A DNA stretch of 64,000 nucleotides, from contig OZ220089.1 of the NCBI GenBank assembly GCA_964291625.2, forward strand, positions 480,001-544,000. The letters are read 5' to 3'. Within the stretch, counting starts at the first letter, position 1. Every line of letters begins with the position of its first letter. Positions 8,316 to 20,300 of the stretch are shown here, in pieces. The notes under the pieces are model-generated. The model did no database searches, was not told the origin of the DNA, and saw nothing but the letters and a program-made list of their open reading frames with translations. Origin of the DNA: Candidatus Latescibacterota bacterium. GTDB lineage: Bacteria > Latescibacterota > UBA2968 > UBA8231. Both the position numbers and the translations under genes were made by a program.

Positions 8316-10441
8316 CAGGCGGCGCTCCCGACGATGGGGCTCCCCAGGGCGCCGTTCCAGCCCGCCAGGGGCGGCAGCTCCACCCCCGGATCCTCGCCCC
8401 GGGCCATGGCCATCAGGGCCTCCTGCATGCACAGGGCCGGCTCCCCGTTCTGCGGCTCGAGGCGGACGTAGCGGCCGTCGGAGAGACAGGCCCGGGTCTT
8501 GGAGCGGTCCGCCAGGCACAGCTGCAGGTAGTGGTGCAGGCGCGCCTTGATGCCCTCCTCCTCCACGGGGAAGACGACCTCCACGCGGTTGCGCAGGTTG
8601 CGGTTCATCCAGTCGGCGCTGCCGGTCCAGATCTCGGGATCGCCGCCGTTGGCGAAGTAGAACACGCGGCTGTGCTCCAGGAAGCGGCCGATGATGCTGT
8701 GCACGCGGATGCGCTCGCTGATGCCGAGCAGGCCCGGCCGCAGGCAGCAGATGCCGCGCACCACGAGGTCGATCTCGACGCCGGCCATGGAGGCGCGGTA
8801 GAGGGCGCGGATGACCTTGGGGTCGGTGAGGCCGTTCATCTTGGCCACGATCGCCGCCGGGCGGCCGGCGCGGGCGTGCTCGATCTCGCGGTCGATGCGG
8901 CGCAGGAAGCCGGACATCATCGTCGTGGGCGCCACCAGGAGCTTGCGGAAAGTCTCCTCCGAACGCGCCGTGAGCAGGTTGAAGACCTCGGCCACCTCGC
9001 GGGTCAGATCCTCGCGGGCGGTGAGCAGCCCCAGGTCGGTGTAGAGCCGCGCCGTCACGTGGTTGTAGTTGCCGGTCCCCAGGTGGGCATAGCGGCGCAG
9101 CTGGTCCTGGTCGCGGCGCACGACCATGGAGAGCTTGCAGTGGGTCTTCATGCCCAGCAGGCCGTAGACGACGTGGACGCCGCCCTCCTCCAGCTTCTTG
9201 GCCCACTCGATGTTGAAGGCCTCGTCGAAGCGCGCCTTCAGCTCCACGAGGACGGCGACCTCCTTGCCCTGGTCGGCCGCCTCCATCAGGGCCTGCACGA
9301 CCTCGGAGTCCTCGCCGGTGCGGTAGAGGGTCTGCTTGATGGCCAGCACCCGGGGGTCGCGCACGGCCATGCGGATGAAGTCGATGACGGTGTTGAACGA
9401 CTCGTAGGGATGGTGGAGGAGGACGTCCCGGGCGCGCAGGCTCTCGAAGAACCGGTCGGGGTCGGCGGGCAGGTTGACCTCCAGGGGCGTGAAGGGCCGG
9501 TCCTTGAGCTCCGGCCGGTTGACGAGGCCGTAGATGGTGGTGATGCGGTTGAGGTTGACCGGACCGTCGGCGGTGTAGACGCGGTCCTCGTCGACCTCGA
9601 ACTGGGTCATGAGGAAGCGCACCAGGCGCTCCGGCGCCTTCTCCTCGATCTCGAGGCGCACCACGTCGCCCTTGCGCCGCTGCTCCAGGGACTCGGCGAT
9701 CTCCTCGAGCAGGTTGTCGGCCTCCTCCTCGTTGACGTAGAGCTCGGAGTTGCGGGTGACGCGGAAGGCGCCGTGGCCGTTGACGCGGTAGCCCTCGAAG
9801 AGCTCGGTCAGGTAGTGGGCGACGATCGCCGCCAGGGTCACCATGTGCCCGGCGCCGTCGCCGCCTCCGGGCACGGGCAGGATCCTCGGCAGCACCCGCG
9901 GCACGGTGACCACGCCCACGGCGGTCGCTCCGTCCTGCTCCAGGAGGACACCGATGCACAGGGCCTTGTTGAGCACCCGCGGGAAGGGGTGGGCGGGATC
10001 GATGACGATGGGCGTGAGGATCGGCTCCAGCTCGTCGTGCCAGTAGCGGCGGACGAAGGCCAGCTGCTCGCCGCGCAGCTCGGAGGGATCGTGGAGGTGG
10101 ATCTTCTCGGCGGCCAGGGCCGGCAGCAGCTCCTCGTTCCAGCAGCGGTACTGGGCGGCCACCAGCTCGTGGGTCGTGCGGGAGATGGCGGCCAGCTGCT
10201 CCTCGGGGGTCAGCCGGTCGGGGCCGGTGCTGGTGCCGCCGCTCTCCTGGACCTGCAGGATGCCGGCGACGCGGACCTCGAAGAACTCGTCGAGGATGTC
10301 GGCCACGATGCCGAGGAAGCGGACCCGCTCCAGGAGCGGATTGCGCTCGTCGCGGGCCTCCTCCATGACGCGCCGGTTGAAGTCGAGCCAGGAGAGCTCG
10401 CGGTTGATGTAGTATTCGGGACGGGAGAGATCGACAGCCAC
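8315..10441 (-). CDS. ppk1: Polyphosphate kinase 1
   Basis: YINRELSWLDFNRRV, LLHHPYESF, IKQTLYRT, ELKARFDE, KTHCK, GRFLEHSR, SADWMNRNLRNRVEV. Confidence 0.97.
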   Translation of the reverse strand: MAVDLSRPEYYINRELSWLDFNRRVMEEARDERNPLLERVRFLGIVADILDEFFEVRVAGILQVQESGGTSTGPDRLTPEEQLAAISRTTHELVAAQYRCWNEELLPALAAEKIHLHDPSELRGEQLAFVRRYWHDELEPILTPIVIDPAHPFPRVLNKALCIGVLLEQDGATAVGVVTVPRVLPRILPVPGGGDGAGHMVTLAAIVAHYLTELFEGYRVNGHGAFRVTRNSELYVNEEEADNLLEEIAESLEQRRKGDVVRLEIEEKAPERLVRFLMTQFEVDEDRVYTADGPVNLNRITTIYGLVNRPELKDRPFTPLEVNLPADPDRFFESLRARDVLLHHPYESFNTVIDFIRMAVRDPRVLAIKQTLYRTGEDSEVVQALMEAADQGKEVAVLVELKARFDEAFNIEWAKKLEEGGVHVVYGLLGMKTHCKLSMVVRRDQDQLRRYAHLGTGNYNHVTARLYTDLGLLTAREDLTREVAEVFNLLTARSEETFRKLLVAPTTMMSGFLRRIDREIEHARAGRPAAIVAKMNGLTDPKVIRALYRASMAGVEIDLVVRGICCLRPGLLGISERIRVHSIIGRFLEHSRVFYFANGGDPEIWTGSADWMNRNLRNRVEVVFPVEEEGIKARLHHYLQLCLADRSKTRACLSDGRYVRLEPQNGEPALCMQEALMAMARGEDPGVELPPLAGWNGALGSPIVGSAA

Positions 10442-10564
10442 GTTCCACCTCGGAAGCGGTGGCTCGAGAGCCGGAGAATTCAGCGGTCCTGTGAGACTTG
10501 CTAAGGTAACCCGTTGCGGCGGAAAGAGGCAATCAGCGAGTCCGGCCGCCCCAAGGGCGATGCC

Positions 10565-11398
10565 TCAGGCCCGCCAGAGTTCCTCGACGAAGGCCCGGTC
10601 CCTGGCGGCGTTGGCGAGCACCCCGCCCAGGTCGAAGGCCTCGCCTTCGGCGGGGGTGATGCCGGCGGTGAACTCCAGGCACATGGGCCCGTCGAAGCCG
10701 GACCGGCGCACGTGGGGCAGGAACCGCCGGTAGTCGGTCCAGTCCCCCTCCTCCAGGAGCGCCGCGGCGCCGTCCTTGCGGTTCTGGAGGTGCAGGTGCC
10801 GCACCCGGGGGCCGAGGGCGTCGAAGGCGGCCACGGCCGCCGCCGTGTCGTGCTCGACGTAGGGCTGAAAACAGATCCCGACGCCGTCCTCCGGCAGCTG
10901 GTCCAGCAGGCGCCCGGTGCCGTCGAGGGTGTCGCACAGGGTCCCGCCGTGGGTCTCGAGGGTGAGCACCATTCCAGCCTCACCGGTGCGGCCGGCCAGC
11001 CGGCGCATGCCCTCCACCGAGCGGCGCCAGACGGCCTCGCTCGCGTCGGCGCTGGCGACGCGTCCCGGGAAGATCTTGAAGAACGAGGCCTCGAGGCGGA
11101 CCGCCGCCGCCAGGAGCCGGTCCAGAGTCCGGCGCTGCTCCTCGTCCTCCGCGCCCTCCAGGTGGAAGGCGGGATAGGCGCCGACCCCCGCGGCGCGCAT
11201 CCCCCGCGCCCGCAGGGCCCCGGCCAAGTGCTCGACCTCCGCCTCCGACAGGCGGTCGAGGTGGTAGCCCCAGACCTCCAGGTCGCGGAACCCGGCCGCC
11301 GCCATCGGGTCGAGCAGGGCCGCCAGGGGCCGGGTCAGGGCGTGGTCCGCCGTCCAGCGGTTGGGCTCGAGCATGATCGTGTTGAGGAGCAGCTCCAT
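10565..11398 (-). CDS. Sugar phosphate isomerase/epimerase (TIM barrel, AP_endonuc_2)
   Basis: LETH, HLHLQ and CLEF metal-binding pattern; ATG at 11398. Confidence 0.75.
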   Translation of the reverse strand: MELLLNTIMLEPNRWTADHALTRPLAALLDPMAAAGFRDLEVWGYHLDRLSEAEVEHLAGALRARGMRAAGVGAYPAFHLEGAEDEEQRRTLDRLLAAAVRLEASFFKIFPGRVASADASEAVWRRSVEGMRRLAGRTGEAGMVLTLETHGGTLCDTLDGTGRLLDQLPEDGVGICFQPYVEHDTAAAVAAFDALGPRVRHLHLQNRKDGAAALLEEGDWTDYRRFLPHVRRSGFDGPMCLEFTAGITPAEGEAFDLGGVLANAARDRAFVEELWRA

Positions 11399-11424
11399 GG
11401 TTGATTTCCCCCTGGCCGCGGGCC

Positions 11425-12459
11425 TCAGTCCTCCGGGAAGCGCACGCCGAGCTTGATGTTCTGCTCCGGGGCGGCGGCGATCTTCGGGTACTCCAGCAGC
11501 AGGCCGTCGAAGTCGACGACGGGGCGCACCACGGATACCGCGTCCAGGGAGCCGTCGCACAGCAGGCCCCAGGCGACGTCGAAGAGGCGCCCCTCGTCCC
11601 ATCGCGGGTGCTCCGGGTTGGGCTCGGAGCAGGCCCGGGAGAACACCAGGGTGGGGCGGTTCATGTGCGCCTCGGCGCCGAGGTCGAGACCCGCAGGCCA
11701 GGCGCCGGGAGCTGCGCCCGGCACCACCGTCCCCAGGTAGGCGACCCCCCGCAGGGCCTGCTGCAGAGCCTGGTGATGGCCGCTGTAGTCGATGCAGACG
11801 TCGGCGCCGCGGCCGCCCGTGGCCTCGCGGATCTCCAGCCCGGCGTCGCAGGCCGTCGGATCGAGCGTCAGGTGGGCGCCGGTCTCGCCGGCGACCCGGC
11901 GGCGCAGCTCGATGGGATCGACGCCGATCACGGGCGACGCCCCCGAAAGGCGCGCCAGCTGCACCACCATGAGCCCGATCGCCCCGAGGCCGAAGACGGC
12001 CACGGCGTCGCCGAGCCGCACGTGGCCGTCGCGCACCGCGCCGAGGGCGAAGTCGGCCGGATCGAGGCAGACCGCCGCCTGCCACGGCACGCCGTCGGGC
12101 AGGTGCCGCACGCGGCCGCTCTCCCAGACGTGCTCCTCGCGGAAGGGGCCGTGGGCGAAGACCGTCTCCCCCACGGCCACACCCTCCACGGCGGCACCCG
12201 TCTCCACCACCTCGCCGACGCACATGTTCCCGAGAGTGACCGGGTAGCGGACGCCGGGCCGCTCCGCCCGGAAGAGGCGGCTGTCGCCGTCGAAGGCGCC
12301 GCGGGGGCCGGCGTACCCACGGTACTGGGACATCTCGGTGCCGTGCTTGGCCGCCCCCCAGCGGCAGCGCACGCGCACCTGGGTCGGCGCCAGGGGCGGG
12401 GACTCGACCTCTTCGAAGGCCACCTTCTCGGGGCCGGGGGCGATCAGTTGTCTGGGCAT
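11425..12459 (-). CDS. Zinc-binding (MDR family) alcohol dehydrogenase
   Basis: KHGTE, Rossmann GLGAIG, GADVCIDYSG. Confidence 0.85.
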   Translation of the reverse strand: MPRQLIAPGPEKVAFEEVESPPLAPTQVRVRCRWGAAKHGTEMSQYRGYAGPRGAFDGDSRLFRAERPGVRYPVTLGNMCVGEVVETGAAVEGVAVGETVFAHGPFREEHVWESGRVRHLPDGVPWQAAVCLDPADFALGAVRDGHVRLGDAVAVFGLGAIGLMVVQLARLSGASPVIGVDPIELRRRVAGETGAHLTLDPTACDAGLEIREATGGRGADVCIDYSGHHQALQQALRGVAYLGTVVPGAAPGAWPAGLDLGAEAHMNRPTLVFSRACSEPNPEHPRWDEGRLFDVAWGLLCDGSLDAVSVVRPVVDFDGLLLEYPKIAAAPEQNIKLGVRFPED

Positions 12460-12677
12460 CTCTCTGTATTCAACTATCCGCCCGGCTCCCTCCAAAGCCG
12501 TCCTGCGCCTTCTCTACGCCGGTTGGCACCAGGGCGACAGTGCAGGTGTGGACGCTTGCGGCACCGGAGAAACAGACGCTAATGTCACTGAGTCTCTATA
12601 GCGGTACATAGAGTCCTCATCTCGCCGTCCCCGAGCCCTACAACTAACCTCCTTCCGCTCACCAGGGGAAACCCGCT

Positions 12678-13154
12678 ATGCCCTTCCTGTTCGCCGCCCT
12701 TGCTGTTCTTGCCCTTGTTGGTTGTGAAGGCCCTGCGGGGCCAATGGGACCAGAAGGACCCAAAGGAGACCAAGGTCCCCAGGGAGCCCAAGGTGCTCAA
12801 GGACCTCCCGGGATTTCCCCCGAAAGCGTCCTCATTGAACAGCCGTTGTCCATATCGGCTTACAATGAGGACGGGACGATCACCATTGAGGACAGCCGGA
12901 TCACTCCCAAGACCTTTCGGGCTCTGTATCTCAAGCTGGACTTCGATGGTCAAGCCGCCTATATCCCGCTTGATTATCTCTTGATAAGTGGAGTATCTAT
13001 CGCTCCTGAATCCCAAGAGCTGCAAACCCCCATCATATTTGTTGCAGATGGGGTTCTCCTGGTCTTGGATCCAGAAGGCGAGTTGTTCAGTGCTGCGCTA
13101 CTATCCTTCATGGAGGGCGCTACGGCGAGTATGGTAGTGCTTGTTGCCGGATAG
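12678..13154 (+). CDS. Collagen-like (Gly-X-Y) lipoprotein
   Basis: Lipobox LALVG-C followed by about 9 G-X-Y triplets (GPAGPMGPEGPKGDQGPQGAQGAQGPPG); codon usage visibly more AT-rich than neighbours. Confidence 0.75.
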   Translation: MPFLFAALAVLALVGCEGPAGPMGPEGPKGDQGPQGAQGAQGPPGISPESVLIEQPLSISAYNEDGTITIEDSRITPKTFRALYLKLDFDGQAAYIPLDYLLISGVSIAPESQELQTPIIFVADGVLLVLDPEGELFSAALLSFMEGATASMVVLVAG

Positions 13155-13221
13155 CCCCCCTTCCCTTCTCCCTTCTCCCGTCTCCCACCCCTCCCTCCAC
13201 CCATTCCCAGACGACGATTCC

Positions 13222-14184
13222 ATGGACCGAGTGAAGATCCTCGTGCCCGGCGACGACCCGCCCCAGATCGCCGGATCCCCGCAGCTCGACCGCCTCGCCC
13301 CCTACGGCGAGGTCACCGTCCACCAGACCCGGCCCGCGGACAAGGCCGAGCAGGTCGAGCGCGCCCGCGGCTTCAACGTCATCATCAACTCCCGGGGCGC
13401 CGTGAGCTGGCGCGCCGAGGAGCTGCGGGCCCTGCCCGACCTGAGGATAATCACCACCTGCTCCATCGGCACCGACATGATCGACCTGGAGGTGGCCCGC
13501 GAGCGCGGCATCGTCGTCTCCAACCAGCCGGGGCGCACGGCGCCGGTGGTGGCCGAGCACATGCTGGGCCTGCTGTTCACCGTGGCCAAGCGCGCCTCCT
13601 TCCAGACGGCGGAGCTGCGCGAGCACCGCTGGACGCGGCGCATGAACCTGACCGTGCAGGGCAAGGTCCTGGGCATCGTCGGCACCGGCAACATCGGCGC
13701 CGAGATGGCCCGCCTGGGGGCGTCCCTCGGCATGGAGGTGATCGCCTGGACCTTCAACCCCTCCGCCGAGAGGGCCGAGGCCCTGGGGGTGAGGTTCGTC
13801 GAGCTGGAGGAACTGCTCGCCAGGTCCGACTACGTGAGCCTCCACGTGGCCCTCACCGACGACACCCGCCACTTCATCGGGGCGCCCGAGCTGGCCGCCA
13901 TGAAGCCGGAGGCGGTGCTCCTCAACGGAGCCCGCGGCGAGGTGGTCGACCTCGAGGCCCTGGCCGCGGCCCTCGACGCGGGCGGCCTCGCCGGCGCCGG
14001 CCTCGACGTCTTCCCCGACGAGCCCTTCCTGGAGGACCACCCGATCAAGCGCTGCGAGCAGGTGGTGATGACCCCCCACATGGCCGACCAGACCCCTGAG
14101 GGGGTGGAGCTGCTCAACGTCGGCGCCGTGGACAACATCATCGCCTGGCTCGAGGGTGAGCCGCGCAACAACGTCGCCGCCTGA
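13222..14184 (+). CDS. D-2-hydroxyacid dehydrogenase (SerA/GyaR-like)
   Basis: VAEH, GIVGTGNIG, LNGARGEVVD, GLDVF, TPHMA. Confidence 0.9.
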   Translation: MDRVKILVPGDDPPQIAGSPQLDRLAPYGEVTVHQTRPADKAEQVERARGFNVIINSRGAVSWRAEELRALPDLRIITTCSIGTDMIDLEVARERGIVVSNQPGRTAPVVAEHMLGLLFTVAKRASFQTAELREHRWTRRMNLTVQGKVLGIVGTGNIGAEMARLGASLGMEVIAWTFNPSAERAEALGVRFVELEELLARSDYVSLHVALTDDTRHFIGAPELAAMKPEAVLLNGARGEVVDLEALAAALDAGGLAGAGLDVFPDEPFLEDHPIKRCEQVVMTPHMADQTPEGVELLNVGAVDNIIAWLEGEPRNNVAA

Positions 14185-14200
14185 GGCGCGGGAGAGGCGC

Positions 14201-15040
14201 ATGTTCACCTCCCTGAGCCCCGGCGCCATCGGCGTCTCGGCGGACGGCCTGGAGGACGCCCTGCGGCTGGCCGCCGCCCACGGCTTCGAGGGCTGCCACT
14301 TCAGCATCGCCGAGGCCGCCCGCCTCGGCCCTGCCGCCGTCACCGACGCCGCCGGGGCCGCGGGGGTGTGCCTCTCGGCCTTCGGCTTCCCCCTCGACTT
14401 CCGCGGCTCCGAGGCCGACTTCGAGGCGGACCTGGAGGCCCTGCCCGCCCTGGCGCGCACCGCCGCGGCCCTCGGCGTGAGTCGCACGGCCACCTGGATC
14501 GCCCCCGCCTCCGACGACCTGAGCTACGAGGAGAACTTCGCCCTCCACGCGCGGCGGCTGAAGCCGGCGGCGGAGATCCTCGCCGACCACGGGATCCGCC
14601 TGGGCCTGGAGTACGTGGGGCCCGACAACAGCCGCCGGGGGCGCCGCCACGAGTTCATCCACACCATGGGACAGATGGCGGAGCTGTGCGCCGCCGTGGG
14701 GCCCAACTGCGGCTACCTGCTCGACGCCTGGCACTGGTACACGGCCCGGGAGGACGCCTCCCACCTGCTGGCGCTGGAGGCCGCGCAGGTGGTGGACGTC
14801 CACGTCAACGACGCCCCTCGCCGGCCCGTGGGCGAGCAGCTCGACCACGAGCGCTGCCTGCCGGGCGAGACCGGCGTCATCGACATCGCCACCTTCCTCG
14901 GCAGCCTCGAGCGCATCGGCTACGACGGCCCGGTGATGGTCGAGCCCTTCAGCCAGCGGCTGCGGGAGATGCCCCCGGCCGAGGCGTGCACCGCCACGAG
15001 GGCCGCCCTCGCCAAGGTGTTCTCCCAGGCGGGGATATAG
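14201..15040 (+). CDS. Sugar phosphate isomerase/epimerase (TIM barrel)
   Basis: GLEYVG, LLDAWHW, VHVNDA, R.LPGETG, VEPF. Confidence 0.82.
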   Translation: MFTSLSPGAIGVSADGLEDALRLAAAHGFEGCHFSIAEAARLGPAAVTDAAGAAGVCLSAFGFPLDFRGSEADFEADLEALPALARTAAALGVSRTATWIAPASDDLSYEENFALHARRLKPAAEILADHGIRLGLEYVGPDNSRRGRRHEFIHTMGQMAELCAAVGPNCGYLLDAWHWYTAREDASHLLALEAAQVVDVHVNDAPRRPVGEQLDHERCLPGETGVIDIATFLGSLERIGYDGPVMVEPFSQRLREMPPAEACTATRAALAKVFSQAGI

Positions 15041-15117
15041 GGTGCCCGCGCGGGACAGGCGCCTCGGCGCCCGCCTTCGTACGCGGTCCTGCGCGCACAG
15101 GCCCTGAGGCTCGGGGC

Positions 15118-16293
15118 ATGGGCGCCCGCGTGGCCCACGTGGTCCCCACGGACCGCATCGCCTACCTGCTGCTGCGCCGCCGGCTGGCGCGCCTGGCCGA
15201 GGCCGGGTACGAGATCCACCTGCTCTGCGGACGGGCCCCCGACTCCGGCGCCCCCGGCGGCGTCGACTACGAGGCCGCTTTCGCCGGCCTCGGCGTGCGG
15301 GTCCACTACCAGACCTTCGAACGCGAGATCTCGCCGGCGGCCGACATCCGCTGCGCCGCCGAGCTCTACTTCGCCGTGCGCCGCGGCGGCTACGACATCG
15401 TCCACAGCCACAACCCCAAGGGCGGTCTCCTGGGGCCGCCCGTGGCCCGCCTGGCCGGCGCCCGCCGGGTGCTGCACACGGTGCACGGGTTCCTCTTCCA
15501 CGACCGGACGCGGGGCCTGCTCCGGGCCGAGGCCGTGGCGGCCGAGCGCTGGACGGCGCGCTGGTGCCACCACCTGCTCTTCCAGGTCGAGGAGGACCTG
15601 GCGTACGCGCGGGACCACCGCTTCAAGGCCGCCGACCGTCTGCACCTGGTGGGCAACGGCGTCGACGAGTCGTACTTCGATCCGGCGGCCGATCCCGGGG
15701 CCGGCGCCCGCCGTCGGCAGGAGCTGGGCTGGGACGCGGATTGCCTCGTGGTCGGCACCACTGGCCGTTTGGTACGGGAAAAGGGCTACGCCGAGTTCTT
15801 CGACATGGCCGGCCGCATCGCCCGCCAGCGGGAGGACGTGCGCTTCCTCGTGGTGGGGCTCTTCGAGCCGGAGCAGTCCGACGCCGTCGACCCGCTGGAG
15901 CTGGCCCGGGCCCACGGGGTCGCCGACCGCTGCGCCGTCCTGCAGGGGCGGGACGACATGCCGGCCCTGTACGCGGCGATGGACCTCTTCGTCCTGGCCT
16001 CGCACCGGGAGGGCCTGTCGCGCTCGCTGCTGGAGGCGGCGGCCATGGGGAGGCCGACGGTGGCCTGCGACATCCGCGGCTGCCGCGAGATCGTCGTCGA
16101 CGGCGTCACGGGAAGGCTGGCGCCGGTGCGCGACGCGGCGGCCCTGGCCGAGGCGGTGGGCGGCCTGCTGGACGACGAGCCGGCGCGCCGGCAGATGGGG
16201 CGGGCGGGCCGGGAGCGGGTGGTGTCGCGCTACACCGAGGATCTCGTCGCCCGGCGCGTGATCGACTGCTACCGGCGGGTCCTGGAGGCCTGA
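15118..16293 (+). CDS. Glycosyltransferase family 4
   Basis: HSHNPKGG, HTVHGF, GRLVREKG, S.REGLSRSLLEAAAMGRP, G..GRE. Confidence 0.9.
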   Translation: MGARVAHVVPTDRIAYLLLRRRLARLAEAGYEIHLLCGRAPDSGAPGGVDYEAAFAGLGVRVHYQTFEREISPAADIRCAAELYFAVRRGGYDIVHSHNPKGGLLGPPVARLAGARRVLHTVHGFLFHDRTRGLLRAEAVAAERWTARWCHHLLFQVEEDLAYARDHRFKAADRLHLVGNGVDESYFDPAADPGAGARRRQELGWDADCLVVGTTGRLVREKGYAEFFDMAGRIARQREDVRFLVVGLFEPEQSDAVDPLELARAHGVADRCAVLQGRDDMPALYAAMDLFVLASHREGLSRSLLEAAAMGRPTVACDIRGCREIVVDGVTGRLAPVRDAAALAEAVGGLLDDEPARRQMGRAGRERVVSRYTEDLVARRVIDCYRRVLEA

Positions 16294-16296
16294 GCC

Positions 16297-17394
16297 TCAG
16301 GCGGACTCCCCGCCGGGCGCAGGGCCGTGCCTCTTCTCGAAGGCCTGGATCTCCTCGGCGCCGTCGAGGATCCCCATCTCCAGGTGGAAGTCGCGGACGG
16401 CCCCGGACTCCAGGTACTCCAGGGAGCCGTTGGCGCGGTTCCAGGCGCGGCCGAGGGCGGAGCAGTTCCCGGGCTCGATGCCGGTCACGTAGGTCCCGCG
16501 GTGGAAGTGCTGCCACTGGGAGAGCAGGGGGATCTCGGCGACCGGGAAGCGCCAGTAGAGGCCAAACCCGAGGCGGTCGTTGACCAGACCGGCGTGGACC
16601 TGCCCCCGGCGGTCGGCGCGGGGCCGGTGGACGTAGACGTCGTCCCGCACCCGCTGGCGGGGGCCGGCGGCCGTCGTGTAGGTCTCGGGACCCACCTCGC
16701 GGTCGGCCGTCCACTCGGTGGTCCGCTGCGAGCGCAGGACCAGGCGGGTGCCGCGGTCGAGCAGGGGCCAGCCCGGGTTCGTGTGGTAGAGGACCATCAG
16801 CGGCGCCGGGTCGGCGCCCAGGTTCTCGACGCGGTCGTGGATGTGGAAGCGGCGCTCGCCGAGGACCATGGAGATCTCGCGGGTCATCTCCAGGCAGTGG
16901 CCGAACATGATGTGCTCGCGCATGCGGCCGCCCACGCGCAGGACGTACTCCTCCCCCTCCCAGCCGCCGCGGGCGTACACGTCCTTGGCCGGGATGTAGG
17001 AGAGCCGCCCGTGCAGACCCAGCTCCTCGTTCTCCTCCTCCGGGTCGACCTCGGGATGGCCGACGAAGGTGAGGCCGCAGGTGGTCAGCAGACCGAGGAA
17101 GGAGCCGCGCATCCAGTCGTAGCCGGCCGGTTCGTAGAAGGCCGGCCCCACGTCTCCCGTCTTCGACCGGAAGCAGAGGGACATGCCCTTGTAGTGGGCG
17201 GAGGCGATGTCGAGGGAGCGGCCCGGCAGCACCGAGAGACAGAGGCCGGAGGCGTTGAAGAGCTCCACGAGCCCGGCGCCGCGCTCGTTGCCCTCCACCA
17301 GCTCGGCGCGGCGGACGCCCGCCACCTGGCTCATGTCCCCCACGAGATCCTGCACCTGCCGCCGGCTGTAGCGGCGGCCGAATAGCCTCGGCAT
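16297..17394 (-). CDS. Aldose 1-epimerase-like protein (DUF4432)
   Basis: GLLTTCGL, GLHGR, LYHTNPGWPL, GIEPGN; AGAGGAGG RBS. Confidence 0.85.
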   Translation of the reverse strand: MPRLFGRRYSRRQVQDLVGDMSQVAGVRRAELVEGNERGAGLVELFNASGLCLSVLPGRSLDIASAHYKGMSLCFRSKTGDVGPAFYEPAGYDWMRGSFLGLLTTCGLTFVGHPEVDPEEENEELGLHGRLSYIPAKDVYARGGWEGEEYVLRVGGRMREHIMFGHCLEMTREISMVLGERRFHIHDRVENLGADPAPLMVLYHTNPGWPLLDRGTRLVLRSQRTTEWTADREVGPETYTTAAGPRQRVRDDVYVHRPRADRRGQVHAGLVNDRLGFGLYWRFPVAEIPLLSQWQHFHRGTYVTGIEPGNCSALGRAWNRANGSLEYLESGAVRDFHLEMGILDGAEEIQAFEKRHGPAPGGESA

Positions 17395-17522
17395 GGCCTG
17401 CCTCCTCTGGTGATGAGTCCCGGGTACGGGTTCGATCACCCCTCCCTCGGAGTGATCCGGCGCCTTAGTATACGGGGCCGTCCCCGGCGAGCGCATCACC
17501 CGGTGCAACGGGAGACCGACCC

Positions 17523-19374
<1,852 letters not shown>

Positions 19375-19379
<5 letters not shown>

Positions 19380-19400
19380 AGGCCGCCCGCCTGCGCGCCG
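19375..19400 (+). repeat. 26-bp direct repeat, copy 1 (duplicate of the 5' end of the dehydrogenase gene at 20276)
   Basis: CTTGAAGGCCGCCCGCCTGCGCGCCG identical at 19375 and 20275. Confidence 0.9.
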
Positions 19401-19590
19401 TCCGCGTGAAAAGGCCCGGCCCCTTGCGCTGAAGCGAGGCTCGGCCACGGTCCGTTTGACGCCCTTCTACCGTGCTCGTAGCTTGCTCACGGCAGGCTCC
19501 TGGGTTACCGATACGAGACTTCCAACGACTTCTCGCAACAGGTAACGATGGGAGCCTTTGGTGTTTGAACCTGGATCAGGACAAGAGCCC

Positions 19591-19848
19591 ATGACGACCG
19601 AAGAGGAACTGCTCCAACGCATCACCACGCGTTCGGATGTCTTCGGCGGCAAACCGATTGTCCGGGACATGCGCATCGCCGTTGAACACATTCTGGGCAT
19701 GCTCGCAGCCGGGGATACCGAGCGGTCCATTCTGCAGGAGCACCCATTCCTCGAACCTCAGGACATTCGGGCGTGCCTGGTGTTTGCCCACCGCACGGTT
19801 GCGGGCGAGCAGGTGCATGAGCGTATGCTCATGCGCACAGCAGGGTGA
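19591..19848 (+). CDS. DUF433 antitoxin
   Basis: RITTRSDVFGGKPIVRDMRIAVEHILGMLAAG...HPFLEPQDIRACLVFA. Confidence 0.9.
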   Translation: MTTEEELLQRITTRSDVFGGKPIVRDMRIAVEHILGMLAAGDTERSILQEHPFLEPQDIRACLVFAHRTVAGEQVHERMLMRTAG

Positions 19849-19976
19849 GGTTTCTCCTCGACGTATGCGCCTCATCCCAGCGAATGCAGCGTGCATTGGT
19901 GGACCAGGGGCATGACGTCCTATCAGCCCTGGACAGGAACCCTCGCGCGGCGGACGAGGAACTCCCGACGCGATGA
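19845..19976 (+). pseudogene. Truncated DUF5615 PIN-like toxin
   Basis: GTGA overlap with the DUF433 stop; translates MRFLLDVCASS...LVDQGHDVLS...AADEEL and stops after 43 codons, before the expected T.DxDF motif. Confidence 0.72.
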
Positions 19977-20274
19977 GCGAACCAGCTCTGATTGTGGTTA
20001 CGGGGAGTCGGGTGCGAATACGTCGATGGGAAGGCGAGGAAGGACGTGGCGCTTGATGGACCTTGCCACACATTCGGGACATTGCGCGCCTGCTTCACTC
20101 GCGCCTTGAGAGAGAGCACGCCGGAGTGGTGCTCCGCCGATCCTCACGCTGATCGAGCACCCACTTCGGGAGTGGCAAGACCCAAACGCTCACTTCCCTC
20201 AGACTCTTGGGGGCTGGTCCCGATACTCATGAAGAGATCCCACCTCCTCGATCACCTCCCACCGCGGAGGACAC

Positions 20275-20300
20275 CTTGAAGGCCGCCCGCCTGCGCGCCG
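20275..20300 (+). repeat. 26-bp direct repeat, copy 2 (start of dehydrogenase gene)
   Basis: Identical to 19375-19400, exactly 900 bp downstream. Confidence 0.9.

Noticed and set aside
6786-10532. 1248-aa ORF as a Ppk-GlmU fusion
   Set aside because: Its first roughly 740 codons are an off-frame, Arg/Pro-rich shadow of ppk1; the real gene starts at ATG 8315.
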